From positions 1-64,000 of the IMG/VR virus record IMGVR_UViG_3300002097_000869: a stretch of DNA of 64,000 nt; one strand, 5' to 3'. The notes under the pieces were generated by a model. That model had not been told where the DNA came from, made no database searches, and was given only the letters and a program-made list of their open reading frames with translations. Position numbers and translations under genes: made by a program. Of the stretch, positions 10,536 to 21,147 are shown piece by piece; position 1 is the stretch's first letter; every line of letters begins with the position of its first letter. Source of the DNA: an uncultured virus (IMG/VR IMGVR_UViG_3300002097_000869). Lineage: Duplodnaviria; Heunggongvirae; Uroviricota; Caudoviricetes.

Positions 10536-12824
10536 ATGGCTAACTTGACTAGGGTAGCCAGCAATGTTTGTATTTATTGGTTGACCCATGAAAATAGCCC
10601 TTCTGTAGTTTTAGAGGGTAGCCCTGGTCGTTGTCATGCCTATACCTATTTTTCCCCTGCCAGAATTTCTTGCTATAATAAGGGTAAATGTAATGGGTCG
10701 GGCACTTGTAGAAATTGTTCTGCATATGACGTCGGCGGGCTAAAAATATCTCATAAAGATACCCAACAAGTTTATACGGATCATTTTTTACAAGTTTGGA
10801 ATGATGAACAAAATAAATATTTACCAGTAAGAAGTCTTACGGCAGATGAAGCAAGTGATATTTCTCATTTTATTAATACCCTTACCCACGGGGAACAGGT
10901 TTCTTCTTCCAATTATAGTGGTTTACAAGTTCCTATAAACTTATCTATATATAATTTAAGGGCGTCTTTTAAGAAGTGTTGTAATTGGACAACTCAACCG
11001 GTTGTTTTTGAGAAAAGTAGGGGCGGCATTCTATATGCGGTTATCTATAGTAGTTCGTTTAAAATAACAGTACCTTATTTAGCTACAAATACTAAGGGGG
11101 AGTATACTAATATAGGTAGTATAGCCTCTTTTTGTAAGTTAAGTGCTGTAACTCTTCCTTGGCTAACTCCTTTTACTGAACAAAATCCATACGCTTATGG
11201 TTGTAACGGCTGTAAGCCGGAGTGTCCTTATTATACGGGGCCTCTATGGACGTATTGTAGAGATGGTAGAATGGAGTTAGGGGATAGGATTTCTGCTTCA
11301 CAAGTATTAGAGCTTAGATACTATAGTGACGATTGGGCTTCTATGGAGGCTCCTAAGATTGAGTGGAATAAGAGATTTAAGAGTCCTGATATATGGGCCT
11401 GGACAGGTGGTTTTCAGGGCATAGAGGCTGGAGCGGACATAGATTTAGACGCTAAACCTATGGTTAAGAGGGTTCATATAGATAATTTTAGTACAAAAGA
11501 GCCCCTTATAGTTATAGACCCACCCGTAGAAACTAGTAATGGTTTAGTCGTTAACAATTTTGTTGACGATGAAATAGTTCCCACAGTTTCTTATCCTACC
11601 CTTATACAAGAGTTGTCCGATGTAGCTAGGACTATAAAAATAGCCTGGCCAAAGGCCCCAGCTACAAGCCCCTATGTTTATAGGACATTTAGACAAGGTC
11701 AAAATATTATTCGTATATTTGTGGAGACCCCCCACTATTCTAATGTAGTTGCTATCAATATAACAAAATACCCCCAAGGAAGCTTTTCAGATAAAGATTT
11801 TTTGGACTATATGCAGGGAAATTTTCCTGATGATGTTATACCTTACTATTCTACCACAACTGCTAATGATCTTATATATTTTGATGTTCCTTTAGTTTAC
11901 AAGGGGGGGTCTCAATTTATAGAGGCAGTTCCTGGTTTAAATGTTATAAAGGTTTTTGTTCCAGACTTAAGGGGGGAGACTGGCAAATACCTAACTGTTA
12001 GTGCTTATATAAAACATAAATTTTATCATGCTATGTTAGCTCAAACCAGAGGGGATGATTTATCTGGCCACCAAGAAATGCATCCATGGGTGGATAGGTT
12101 TGAGCATGTTGAGTTAGAGGCTAAGATTATGAAGTTGGTTAACTATCCTCGTGTGCATAAGGTATTGTGGGATACACATGCAGGAGGAAAGCTAACTACA
12201 TATCAAATAGAAGAGGTTATAGAAGATGAGCTACAGGTAGATTGGGACCCTATTTACTGTAATTTGGTTGCAATAAATTTCTTAGACGGTAGGTGTAATT
12301 GTGTTACACCCTGGTTGTTGTCTGGTACTTCTACTTATGGTGTACCATTAAGGGTCTATGTAGACAGGACGGAAAATGCTAAGGCTACAGAAGGCATTGT
12401 GCAATTAGAGGTCTATTATAAGTCATCTAATGGTCAATATCTACAAGGAAATGTAGTTATTGCTGGCCCTGTTAGTGGTACTAGTCTTAGTTCCAGTTTG
12501 GACCCTTTGACAGATAAGATATATGCTACGTACTCTGTTACGGAGTATAAGCAGGGCCCGGTTCTTTCACAAGATGTATCCAAGCTTAAATACCCAGATT
12601 TACTAGCTAATTATATAGATGAAATGCCTATAGAGGTTTCATATAACGAGGAGGGAGATACCTTTTCTGTTTCTGGTACATTTGTGAAGCTTTCTGGTCC
12701 AAACTCTTTAGATAAAGTTTATAATTTAGAAGACCATAAGAATCGTGTATATAGGGAGTTAGTGGGGCAGGAGGGTATTTCTCTTTATAGTTTTAGGAAC
12801 GGTGGGTTAGAGGATGGGAGTTAG
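10536..12824 (+). CDS. N-terminal part (762 aa, Cys-rich) of a large putative virion protein, truncated by a 14-bp duplication
   Basis: Stop TAG 12822-12824 lies in the second copy of the duplicated 14-mer. Cys clusters: CYNKGKCNGSGTCRNC, GCNGCKPECPYY. Confidence 0.6.
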   Translation: MANLTRVASNVCIYWLTHENSPSVVLEGSPGRCHAYTYFSPARISCYNKGKCNGSGTCRNCSAYDVGGLKISHKDTQQVYTDHFLQVWNDEQNKYLPVRSLTADEASDISHFINTLTHGEQVSSSNYSGLQVPINLSIYNLRASFKKCCNWTTQPVVFEKSRGGILYAVIYSSSFKITVPYLATNTKGEYTNIGSIASFCKLSAVTLPWLTPFTEQNPYAYGCNGCKPECPYYTGPLWTYCRDGRMELGDRISASQVLELRYYSDDWASMEAPKIEWNKRFKSPDIWAWTGGFQGIEAGADIDLDAKPMVKRVHIDNFSTKEPLIVIDPPVETSNGLVVNNFVDDEIVPTVSYPTLIQELSDVARTIKIAWPKAPATSPYVYRTFRQGQNIIRIFVETPHYSNVVAINITKYPQGSFSDKDFLDYMQGNFPDDVIPYYSTTTANDLIYFDVPLVYKGGSQFIEAVPGLNVIKVFVPDLRGETGKYLTVSAYIKHKFYHAMLAQTRGDDLSGHQEMHPWVDRFEHVELEAKIMKLVNYPRVHKVLWDTHAGGKLTTYQIEEVIEDELQVDWDPIYCNLVAINFLDGRCNCVTPWLLSGTSTYGVPLRVYVDRTENAKATEGIVQLEVYYKSSNGQYLQGNVVIAGPVSGTSLSSSLDPLTDKIYATYSVTEYKQGPVLSQDVSKLKYPDLLANYIDEMPIEVSYNEEGDTFSVSGTFVKLSGPNSLDKVYNLEDHKNRVYRELVGQEGISLYSFRNGGLEDGS

Positions 12825-12835
12825 AGGATGGGAGT
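12806..12835. repeat. Perfect 14-bp tandem duplication GTTAGAGGATGGGA x2 causing a frameshift
   Basis: Read directly: ggtgg GTTAGAGGATGGGA GTTAGAGGATGGGA gtataaaa. Confidence 0.9.
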
Positions 12836-12901
12836 ATAAAAGCCTCTAGCCAAATTTTTGAGTCAGAGGGGGCTTATTTAGAAAACTCTTACGCAGGTAA
12901 T

Positions 12902-15900
12902 GTGTTTTCTAGTGACGGTACTCCGTTTTCTTTGTCTAGACTATGCGAAAAATTGTCCGAAGTTAGGCTGCACGAAGGCAGCTATACGTTTACGGTTATG
13001 TTTAAGGACGAGGATGGAAGATTAATCGGTATTAAGCGCATAAGCTTGCTTGTGCAGTCTGCTTTTGCAGAGACTAGGGACGTGGAAATAAAATATAAGT
13101 GGAGCATGGCTACTAGGGAATGGCCTATAGTAGACTCGATGCTTTTATTGGCAAAATATAATGAGCCTATAATAGCGTCGTCTCCAGAGGGCAGTATTAA
13201 TTATAGCCCTATGTGTGGGGACCATTCTGAAACCATGGGCAGTAGGCATTTTTTTGGTGATCCTGGCCCAATGTGGTACCCATATTCTAGGTGTTTAGAC
13301 CCAAAGTATGATAACACCAGCTATACTGATGAGGTTAAATGTAAAAATTATGTAGAGGGGTTTAGTTCGCAAACCTCTGGTAAAAGGTGGTCTTACTGGG
13401 AGAGAATGAGGGGCCCTGATAAGTTCTATACTTGGAATGCTGGTGGTATATATATACTTGGGTGTTTTTATAGAAGTATTAGTTATACATATGAAACTGT
13501 TGGCGAGCAAGAGTTCGTAGGGTATACAAGGATAAGATCACTACATATGAACGGTCCCTATGCTAAGGATAGGGAGGCTTTGCATATAAATAGGCACTAT
13601 ATAAAAAGAAATTTAAAGGTTAGGGATGAGGTAATACAGCGGGCAGACGACCCTAATACTATTTCTTGGACAGATGAATATTCACAGTTGTTGTTTACTG
13701 ACGGGGGTGTGGAGAGGGTAGGGGAGGACAGGGAAACAGCTATATGGTCGCATATAAACGATAATGCATCTGAGGTTAGTACTACCACAGAAGATATTCA
13801 GCATCCGTTTACGCATTATTTGTTAAAAACAGTTGGTAACTATAGTTATGATGAGGTATTTAATACGGGACTTAGGGTAAGTTTAGATGGGCTTTTTTCT
13901 GATAGGGACCTTACCTCAACTCAGCAAAGAAACCCTGTTACTGGTACTCTTATTTATAAGCCGGGCGAGCCTATGTACACTGCTGGTTTAGAGCAGTATG
14001 ACGATATTTTACCTGTATTTTCTGAGCCAAGCACTGCTTGGTCTTGGATGGAGGTGTCTAAAGACCCGGTTAGGGGCTCTCCAAGAGTGACTGGTATACG
14101 TATTTATGCTCCTAGTAGTACTGAGTGGAAACAGGATAAGACTTCTGCTACACATTCTGACGAGGGCATACATACTTTGTATTATAGCCCCCCGGCGTTT
14201 AATGATTCTGGTGTTTTGGTTTCTTTACCTTATGTTTCTTGGGATGATGGGCCAGAAAGGCCTTTAAATTGGTACGCAGGTAGGTGGCGGGACTCTGGTA
14301 CTGTGTACGAATATTCTTCGCATACAAATGTTGAAAATTTTAAGTTGTTTGGCGTTGGGTCTACCTCTACTGGTAGTAGCTTTTTAATTGATTCATCAGG
14401 CATACATCAGTGCGTGCTTGGTAACGATAACGCTGGTGTTGTGTATGGGTATACTTATAGGGGCGTGGGTGTAAATAGTTTGGTTTCTATATTTCAGCTT
14501 CCTAGTGTAGTAACGGATTTTATAGAGGAGGACTTGTCATCTGGGAAGAAGGTTGAATTGTTGAATTCTAAGTTTAGTAATTACACAACTAATACTATAA
14601 CGATACCTTTAAAGGGTTATTTTTATGTAGATAGCGTGGATATAACCTATAATTTTGGTCCTTATACAGACGAGCTTGGGCAGCCCATACGGTATGATAT
14701 TCCTGGCATTAGTGTTATGGCTGCTATTTTGGTAACAGAAAATGGGGAGACTTCTTCTAATAGGTATGTAGAGGTCGCTAATAGGGGATACCAGAGAATA
14801 ACTACCGGCGAGGTTTCTGAGGGTGAAGACGATGAAGGCACGGTTTTTACTTATCAGGGTCTTAGTAGTAAAAAGATAGTATACCAGGTAGGTATGTTTT
14901 GCGACCATGTAGTTGTGAGTTATTCTTCTTTGGAGACTGTGGCAAGGGCTAGTATTTCTTCTTTTCGTATATGGTATAGAAAGCCTATTGAAGTTTCAGA
15001 GTCTGTATATAGCTATGAACGAAAGTTTAATTATAGTTCTGGTAACTATGGTACACATGACTATAGAAATATGCTTTATTACTATAATCGTACTTATAGA
15101 GACTATGGTGATGATTTAGCTTATACTGTTTCTAGTAATACCTCAAGGCCGTCTGTAAAACTTACAAATAGAAATATAAAAGACGTTATATTAGAGTATG
15201 AGTTTGTTGACCCTACGTATACAAGATTTGCGTATAAGAGTGAAATAAGGCCTGAAAATAACCCGCTGGCAGCTGTAGACGTTGATGGTCTTCGTACTAT
15301 TCCAGGGTCCATTAGTGTGTGTACTAAGGGTAGGACCCTTATAGCCGGTATCCATAAGAACGATTGTCCACAATATAGGGCAGATGGAAGCTTGAATACT
15401 CGTAATGTGGCGTTTAATGAAACTTCTACTTGTTCTTCTGAGGTTGGAAATAAAACATTAAACGAGGGCGTACAAGAATGCCTGTATAATGAAGCTAGAA
15501 ATTTGGCTGGTAGGGGCGACATTGTAACTGTATACGATTGGTTTTGGCATCCTGATGAAGTAGAGTTCTGGGAAAATACAGTGGGTATATCTCTCGGTAC
15601 ATTTAATACTCAGTTAACCATGACTAGTAAGGTTGCTGAATTTAACAAGGTGTGGGAACATGAGTCGTTTGGCTGCGCTAGTGATTTGTCCGTACCATAT
15701 TACGATGGGTATGTACACCCAATTGGAAAGTGGCAAGCTATGGGGCATATTTTAGAGGTTACTAGTCCATTGTTTAACGAGTCGTGCTGGGATGTCGTTG
15801 TAACAAAAGAGGGTAAGCATTTAGGGGAGAGTACTTATGGTACAAAGGAGTATGGGTCATTGGTTGGTAAAGCTAGGTGGCCATATGAGGCGGCTAAGGA

Positions 15901-16117
15901 TAGCGGGTATTATTTAGCGGCCGGGCTAATTATGGATAGGAGAACATACGAGGGTGGTAGTATAGGAGGGGCCGGTATATGGGGTATTGTAATAGACCAC
16001 GCTAAAGCAGCGGGTAACTTGCCACAACAGAGGTCTCTGATGGCTGAATTGAATGAGGAGGTTTATAGTGGCAGGGAAATGTCTGTTAGGGCAGATGCTC
16101 CAAGAACAGGGTTCTAG
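12902..16117 (+). CDS. C-terminal part (1071 aa) of the same large putative virion protein
   Basis: Its frame stays open upstream to the duplication. Removing one 14-mer fuses it with 10536-12824 into a single 1855-aa ORF. Confidence 0.6.
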   Translation: MFSSDGTPFSLSRLCEKLSEVRLHEGSYTFTVMFKDEDGRLIGIKRISLLVQSAFAETRDVEIKYKWSMATREWPIVDSMLLLAKYNEPIIASSPEGSINYSPMCGDHSETMGSRHFFGDPGPMWYPYSRCLDPKYDNTSYTDEVKCKNYVEGFSSQTSGKRWSYWERMRGPDKFYTWNAGGIYILGCFYRSISYTYETVGEQEFVGYTRIRSLHMNGPYAKDREALHINRHYIKRNLKVRDEVIQRADDPNTISWTDEYSQLLFTDGGVERVGEDRETAIWSHINDNASEVSTTTEDIQHPFTHYLLKTVGNYSYDEVFNTGLRVSLDGLFSDRDLTSTQQRNPVTGTLIYKPGEPMYTAGLEQYDDILPVFSEPSTAWSWMEVSKDPVRGSPRVTGIRIYAPSSTEWKQDKTSATHSDEGIHTLYYSPPAFNDSGVLVSLPYVSWDDGPERPLNWYAGRWRDSGTVYEYSSHTNVENFKLFGVGSTSTGSSFLIDSSGIHQCVLGNDNAGVVYGYTYRGVGVNSLVSIFQLPSVVTDFIEEDLSSGKKVELLNSKFSNYTTNTITIPLKGYFYVDSVDITYNFGPYTDELGQPIRYDIPGISVMAAILVTENGETSSNRYVEVANRGYQRITTGEVSEGEDDEGTVFTYQGLSSKKIVYQVGMFCDHVVVSYSSLETVARASISSFRIWYRKPIEVSESVYSYERKFNYSSGNYGTHDYRNMLYYYNRTYRDYGDDLAYTVSSNTSRPSVKLTNRNIKDVILEYEFVDPTYTRFAYKSEIRPENNPLAAVDVDGLRTIPGSISVCTKGRTLIAGIHKNDCPQYRADGSLNTRNVAFNETSTCSSEVGNKTLNEGVQECLYNEARNLAGRGDIVTVYDWFWHPDEVEFWENTVGISLGTFNTQLTMTSKVAEFNKVWEHESFGCASDLSVPYYDGYVHPIGKWQAMGHILEVTSPLFNESCWDVVVTKEGKHLGESTYGTKEYGSLVGKARWPYEAAKDSGYYLAAGLIMDRRTYEGGSIGGAGIWGIVIDHAKAAGNLPQQRSLMAELNEEVYSGREMSVRADAPRTGF

Positions 16118-19100
16118 TGCGAGTACTTCCAAATATAGTTAATATACTTAAAAATGCGAGTATTAGAAACTGTGTGTCGTGTATGCACGATAACAAGAAA
16201 GGCTACTCTGTTGTTTGGAATACCAACAATGATTTAAATGGTTATTCATCTGTGGGGGGTGTCGTTTCACATACTGTTTGGGACGGTGTTTATTTTGGCG
16301 TTTCTGTTTCTGGTTCTTGTTATATAGAAAGCCCAGATACTCTTGATATAAATGGTTCATACTATACACAGTTTAAAGCAGACTATAGGGTTGATTCTGG
16401 TAACAAAATAGTATCATCGTTATCTGGTAAGGTGCAGTTTAAGACTAATAGGGAACAGTATTGGTCAGAAGAAAAGTCTCTATATTTTGATGCTTATACA
16501 GATAATGCCTATCACGAGCATGTTGTTGATATGTCTATGCATGCTAAGTGGAATGGCACTATAACCGCTTTAAGGTTCTACCCGTTTATCGATGGTGTAA
16601 GTGGTTTAAAATTTCATTTACGTGAGTTAGGGGTAGATTCTAGTAATAGGTATTATTGTGATACAGGTAGTAGCGATGATGTTTGTGATAAGTATTTTGA
16701 GTACTCACACCCCTGTCCTTGGACAGGCAGTCCCGGGTACGCCTTAGCCAGTACTGTAACGGGCACACTAACTATATACGAAGGTGTGAATGATACCTTA
16801 TTGGTTGACATAGATGACTATGGATATCACTCTGTTAAAATAGGATCTGGGGTTAATAGGGAACTTAGTAGTATAGCTTGCGATATAGAGGAGAAGTTGA
16901 ACTTAATTGGTGTTGGTGGGTACGCATATGCTAGGTGTTATGTAGATGAAAGCAGGTTAATAGTAGAGTCTGATTGGCGGAATAGTTCTTCTAGGGTAGT
17001 AATAGGTGTTCCAGAAGAGGGCTCTGCTTGTGTCGTCCTAGGTTTTTTTGGTGCCACAGGCGCTCCTTTATATACTAGTTTTTATGGTACAGATAAGGCT
17101 AGTGGGTACGAGGCTCCTTCTGTCCTAGTCTCTCCGTCCTCTTTGTCTTATTTAAAAAGCGCGGATAGGTCTAGTGCCGAAAGTTCTTTTAGTATTACTG
17201 GAAATGACTATTCTGTTTATGGGGGGAATAAGGATTATAAAAATTTTTCGCGCGACACAAAAATAATCTTTAGAAATCAAACTATAATAGACTACTGTAA
17301 TCCTATAATAAGAACAGGAAAATTAAAGTTTTTAGGGTACAGTGGGGATAGGTATAACAATACAGAATTAAGAATATATAGAGAAAAAGTTGACGGTTCA
17401 ATTTCTTTAGTAGGAAGTGTTTCTGTTCCTAGCTCTGCTGATGAGCTTGATAGGGTTTTTGAACTTGATATAGACCTTGACGTAAAGAAGGGTGACTTGG
17501 TTTCTTTATATAGTGCGGGTTTGCATTTAGGGGCAGAGACAGAAAAAGGGGACTTTTCGTACTATCTTTATGATTATGACCTAGGAAGCCTTAACGAACA
17601 CGTGGAGTATTTATCTGGAGCAGGGGAGGCGGGGCTACCCTTATATGTCAGGGGGTCTAGAGTAGCCTCTGAGGCTGTTATAGACATCATTTTTGATGAG
17701 GTTTTACCTGTGGAGTCTCTGGTTGTGTCTGCGGAGCACGAAGGCGTGTCTGAAGATATAAACCTGTGCACCTTGAGGGCAGGTGGTAACAATGGGGGGC
17801 CTTATTTAACTGGCTATACTGGTTTAGACATAGAGGGCAACCAGGCCCCCACTTTAGTTAATATTGATTCTATAATAGACGGGGTTAAGCAGGACGTTAA
17901 TACTGTTTCCACTTATTGTTACCCAGGCTGGCTAGATTTAGGACTTCCTGCCCAGGAAGATTATTATTATACTCCTTTTAGTGTGGCCATAGATTTCATT
18001 AAGGGTATAGATGTATTTTTTGATGTTTATAAGATAAAGCTTTATTTTGTAGATAAGAAAAACATAAAGAGCTTTAGAATAGAGGTACCCTTTAGTTTTG
18101 ATGCTAATGATGAAAACAAAATATGGGGGATAGGGTTTCCTACTTATAATGAAGTCTATACAGAGCTTGGGTTGATGGATAGTGAATATATCTATCTCTA
18201 TAATAATCCAGCTATATTAGTTGCAAATGATTATCAGGTAGCTTACTCGCATCTTGATTATAGGTATTTAGAGTTAGTTTTGGAGCCATATAAAACGAAG
18301 GCGATTCGCTATAATGCTTCTTTAGAGGGGTATTTTGTAGAGGACCCCCTACAGTTAGACTACTCTGGTTTTCCTATAGCGCCAAGCCCAAAAATTCAAG
18401 AAATAGAAGTATATGCCAAGTCTATACCTGAGAATAGCATATCATCATATTTTAGTGTAGAGACCTCTAAAGATGGCACCATATATTTGGGGCATAATGA
18501 CATAGACACAGTGTCTTCAACACGGGCTTCTTATACTGTGGGTAGGCCAACAAGATATTTAAGATTAAATATAAAGGCGAAAACACCCCTTAAGGTTTTT
18601 GATATTTATGGTATCTTAAGTGAGGGTCTTGTTGAACTTAATTCTAACAATTCACATTGTTTGAGTTTAAACCCGCCCCTAGATTTACCTGGGTCTTCTG
18701 TAGAAAAGGTAACTGTAACCAATGACAGTAGTAGTGTGTCCGATTTTTATGTAGATATATTGGAAGATAGGTCTTCAAGAGAGCTTTGTGTATTATGGAA
18801 TAAGCTAGATTCAGATACTAGTGTCCAATATAGCGAGATTGGGCCGGGGGGTATTGTTCATCGTAGACAGCCTTTTTATCTTAGAGCATATAACTATGCT
18901 TATAGGTGTCCAGGATATTTTTTGGATAAGTATTTTTTACGTGATACTAACTCTTATCTTAGCCAGGATGGAGGGCTTTCTTGGTCTAATATTGGTACTA
19001 TTGTAACTGATGGCCAGAACTCTACTTATATAACAAATGAATACGAGTTGTATCATCAGTATAACACCATGTATGTGGCGATTCCTCTAGGGGATAGGTA

Positions 19101-21147
19101 TAATGTAAGCGGTGTTTCTTTTGAGGCCCCTGTTGATGCACCTGTTTTTGACGGTTCTGTTTTATACTCTGATTTAGATACTACTAATCCAGGCTCTATA
19201 CCATTTGAGGTCGGTGTACCACATGCTTGGTCTGTTTCTTATTCTGTTTCTGCTAGGTGGGTTTTAGTTCAGGTTGTTGGTACATATATAGGAAATCCAA
19301 ACGCTAAATATTTATCTAACGTTGGTGTTTCTCTTAATTTGTCTAGTATAACAAATAGGGGAAAGCTTCCTTGGGTTTCCGCCGGCGGGTATCTTACAAA
19401 TGGGGTGTCAGGGTATGTAGGGGACGAAGGTGAGGTTGCCGAGGGGTGGATAAGCGATGGAGAGGCAGAATACTTTTGTGTGGACCTGCAATGGTTTCAT
19501 AATGTTTCTAATGTTATTGTCGGTCCGTTTGGTGCCCTAATTAGTAGCGTTGATGATATCGATTCTGTGGTCGCGGGTGAGTGGCCTAGTATTGTAGACG
19601 AGAACGGTACCGGTATAAACGTTGCATACTCCTCGTCCCCTGTTAATGAGCCTAGCAAGGTTACCTGGGGTTCTTTTGGCGGGGCTCCTCCTATGGATAC
19701 TAAGTGGGTGTTGGTTAAGACTGCTACCAGAGTGGAGGAGATTATTGTCCATGTAAATAGCAACGACCAGGGTACAAAGAAGCCTTTTCTTAATAGCTCT
19801 TGGTGTAGTTGTACTACGTTGGTTCCTTACACAGATGTTGTGAATACTCGTTCCAATGGTGTATCTGTGGGGGTTGTGTGTCCAGGGGGCCATGGACTTA
19901 TGGAAACCTTTAGTTTGAAACAAAGTTTTGGCATAGACGCGGAATTATCCCCTAGGGATTCCCTAGTCTTTTGGTTCTATGTTTCAGATGTTTCTGAACT
20001 GGATTTTTCTGTTGGGTACTTTAGGGTTGGTAGGTCTGTTACACAGGATAATAGCCCTATAGATATAAACTTAACTTCCGACACTAATTCTTATTATGAG
20101 TGGCCTTTGTCTTTATTGGGGAGTTCTTTGTTAGACGGGTGGAATGTTGTTAACTTACCATTTTCTGATAACTACAGGGTTGGGGACCTATACTTTACTA
20201 GGGATGACAGGGCCAGGTCTGGGTATACAAATAAAAGGGACAGAATAATCTATATAGACTTAGTTTTTTCTGGTGTTTCTGACAACGATGAATTTACAAT
20301 TCTGTTTGATGACTTTAGAATTGCTAGGAGGTATTATTCTAGCGGGGAATTTGGGTATGGGGTGTATATTCCGTATCAAGAGCACATAAAGTTTCCGTTG
20401 GGAGATTTTGACCCAACAAAAGGTACCATAGAGTTTTATTTGAAGTCAGATTGGAATCGTACTGTTTTGTGTAACTCGTGTGATTCTCCTGTTGACCATT
20501 CTCTGCTTAGAGTTTTTAGTTCTGAAGATTCTTCACTGTTTTTTCTATATGCTTCACAGGACGGGCTTTGTTTTTATGTGACAGACGGATCCAGGGAGTT
20601 TGTGTTGTCTGACAATTCTTTGAATGGGTTTCTTTCCGATACTCCTGTTCATATTGCTATAGTGTGGGACTTTGGTAGTAGGTACGGTAATATAGCTTCT
20701 GGTATTTATGTTAATAATATTCTTAACACTTATTTAAATTATTCTTATTTATATACTGTGGGTGAGTTGCCTATATTTTCGCAGAGGTCGTCTTATAGTT
20801 TGATTCTTGGTGGTCGTGGCACAGAAATGTTGGTTTCTTCTATGGGGTCTTCTGCAGACTCTGTTTTTGAGAACATAAAGGTTTATAACTACCCTATTTT
20901 TGACCATTCTTATTCTATGTCTAACCAGGGGGTTCTTATACCTAAAAGATCACATGAGTTAGTGGAAGTTTCTCTAGACGGGGTAAATTTTATGGATTAT
21001 TCAGATAGAGGGAATGGAATTCCTTTGGTTGTAGAAAACGTCAGTGTGGGTTCTTCTTTTGATGTTTTTGTTAGGGCTAAGGATATAAGTTTGACTAGAG
21101 AAAAACAATTTAATAGAAAAAGTACCCTTTCAATTTCGAGGTCTTAG
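16117..21147 (+). CDS. Large putative tail/adsorption protein (1676 aa) with carbohydrate-binding-type beta-sandwich and C-terminal LamG/ConA-like domain
   Basis: N-terminal YVDMS..AKWNGTITALRFYP-type CBM-like motif (HVVDMSMHAKWNGTITALRFYP); C-terminal KGTIEFYLK...HIAIVWD...GIYVNN...FENIKVYN LamG-like pattern. Confidence 0.55.
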   Translation: MRVLPNIVNILKNASIRNCVSCMHDNKKGYSVVWNTNNDLNGYSSVGGVVSHTVWDGVYFGVSVSGSCYIESPDTLDINGSYYTQFKADYRVDSGNKIVSSLSGKVQFKTNREQYWSEEKSLYFDAYTDNAYHEHVVDMSMHAKWNGTITALRFYPFIDGVSGLKFHLRELGVDSSNRYYCDTGSSDDVCDKYFEYSHPCPWTGSPGYALASTVTGTLTIYEGVNDTLLVDIDDYGYHSVKIGSGVNRELSSIACDIEEKLNLIGVGGYAYARCYVDESRLIVESDWRNSSSRVVIGVPEEGSACVVLGFFGATGAPLYTSFYGTDKASGYEAPSVLVSPSSLSYLKSADRSSAESSFSITGNDYSVYGGNKDYKNFSRDTKIIFRNQTIIDYCNPIIRTGKLKFLGYSGDRYNNTELRIYREKVDGSISLVGSVSVPSSADELDRVFELDIDLDVKKGDLVSLYSAGLHLGAETEKGDFSYYLYDYDLGSLNEHVEYLSGAGEAGLPLYVRGSRVASEAVIDIIFDEVLPVESLVVSAEHEGVSEDINLCTLRAGGNNGGPYLTGYTGLDIEGNQAPTLVNIDSIIDGVKQDVNTVSTYCYPGWLDLGLPAQEDYYYTPFSVAIDFIKGIDVFFDVYKIKLYFVDKKNIKSFRIEVPFSFDANDENKIWGIGFPTYNEVYTELGLMDSEYIYLYNNPAILVANDYQVAYSHLDYRYLELVLEPYKTKAIRYNASLEGYFVEDPLQLDYSGFPIAPSPKIQEIEVYAKSIPENSISSYFSVETSKDGTIYLGHNDIDTVSSTRASYTVGRPTRYLRLNIKAKTPLKVFDIYGILSEGLVELNSNNSHCLSLNPPLDLPGSSVEKVTVTNDSSSVSDFYVDILEDRSSRELCVLWNKLDSDTSVQYSEIGPGGIVHRRQPFYLRAYNYAYRCPGYFLDKYFLRDTNSYLSQDGGLSWSNIGTIVTDGQNSTYITNEYELYHQYNTMYVAIPLGDRYNVSGVSFEAPVDAPVFDGSVLYSDLDTTNPGSIPFEVGVPHAWSVSYSVSARWVLVQVVGTYIGNPNAKYLSNVGVSLNLSSITNRGKLPWVSAGGYLTNGVSGYVGDEGEVAEGWISDGEAEYFCVDLQWFHNVSNVIVGPFGALISSVDDIDSVVAGEWPSIVDENGTGINVAYSSSPVNEPSKVTWGSFGGAPPMDTKWVLVKTATRVEEIIVHVNSNDQGTKKPFLNSSWCSCTTLVPYTDVVNTRSNGVSVGVVCPGGHGLMETFSLKQSFGIDAELSPRDSLVFWFYVSDVSELDFSVGYFRVGRSVTQDNSPIDINLTSDTNSYYEWPLSLLGSSLLDGWNVVNLPFSDNYRVGDLYFTRDDRARSGYTNKRDRIIYIDLVFSGVSDNDEFTILFDDFRIARRYYSSGEFGYGVYIPYQEHIKFPLGDFDPTKGTIEFYLKSDWNRTVLCNSCDSPVDHSLLRVFSSEDSSLFFLYASQDGLCFYVTDGSREFVLSDNSLNGFLSDTPVHIAIVWDFGSRYGNIASGIYVNNILNTYLNYSYLYTVGELPIFSQRSSYSLILGGRGTEMLVSSMGSSADSVFENIKVYNYPIFDHSYSMSNQGVLIPKRSHELVEVSLDGVNFMDYSDRGNGIPLVVENVSVGSSFDVFVRAKDISLTREKQFNRKSTLSISRS

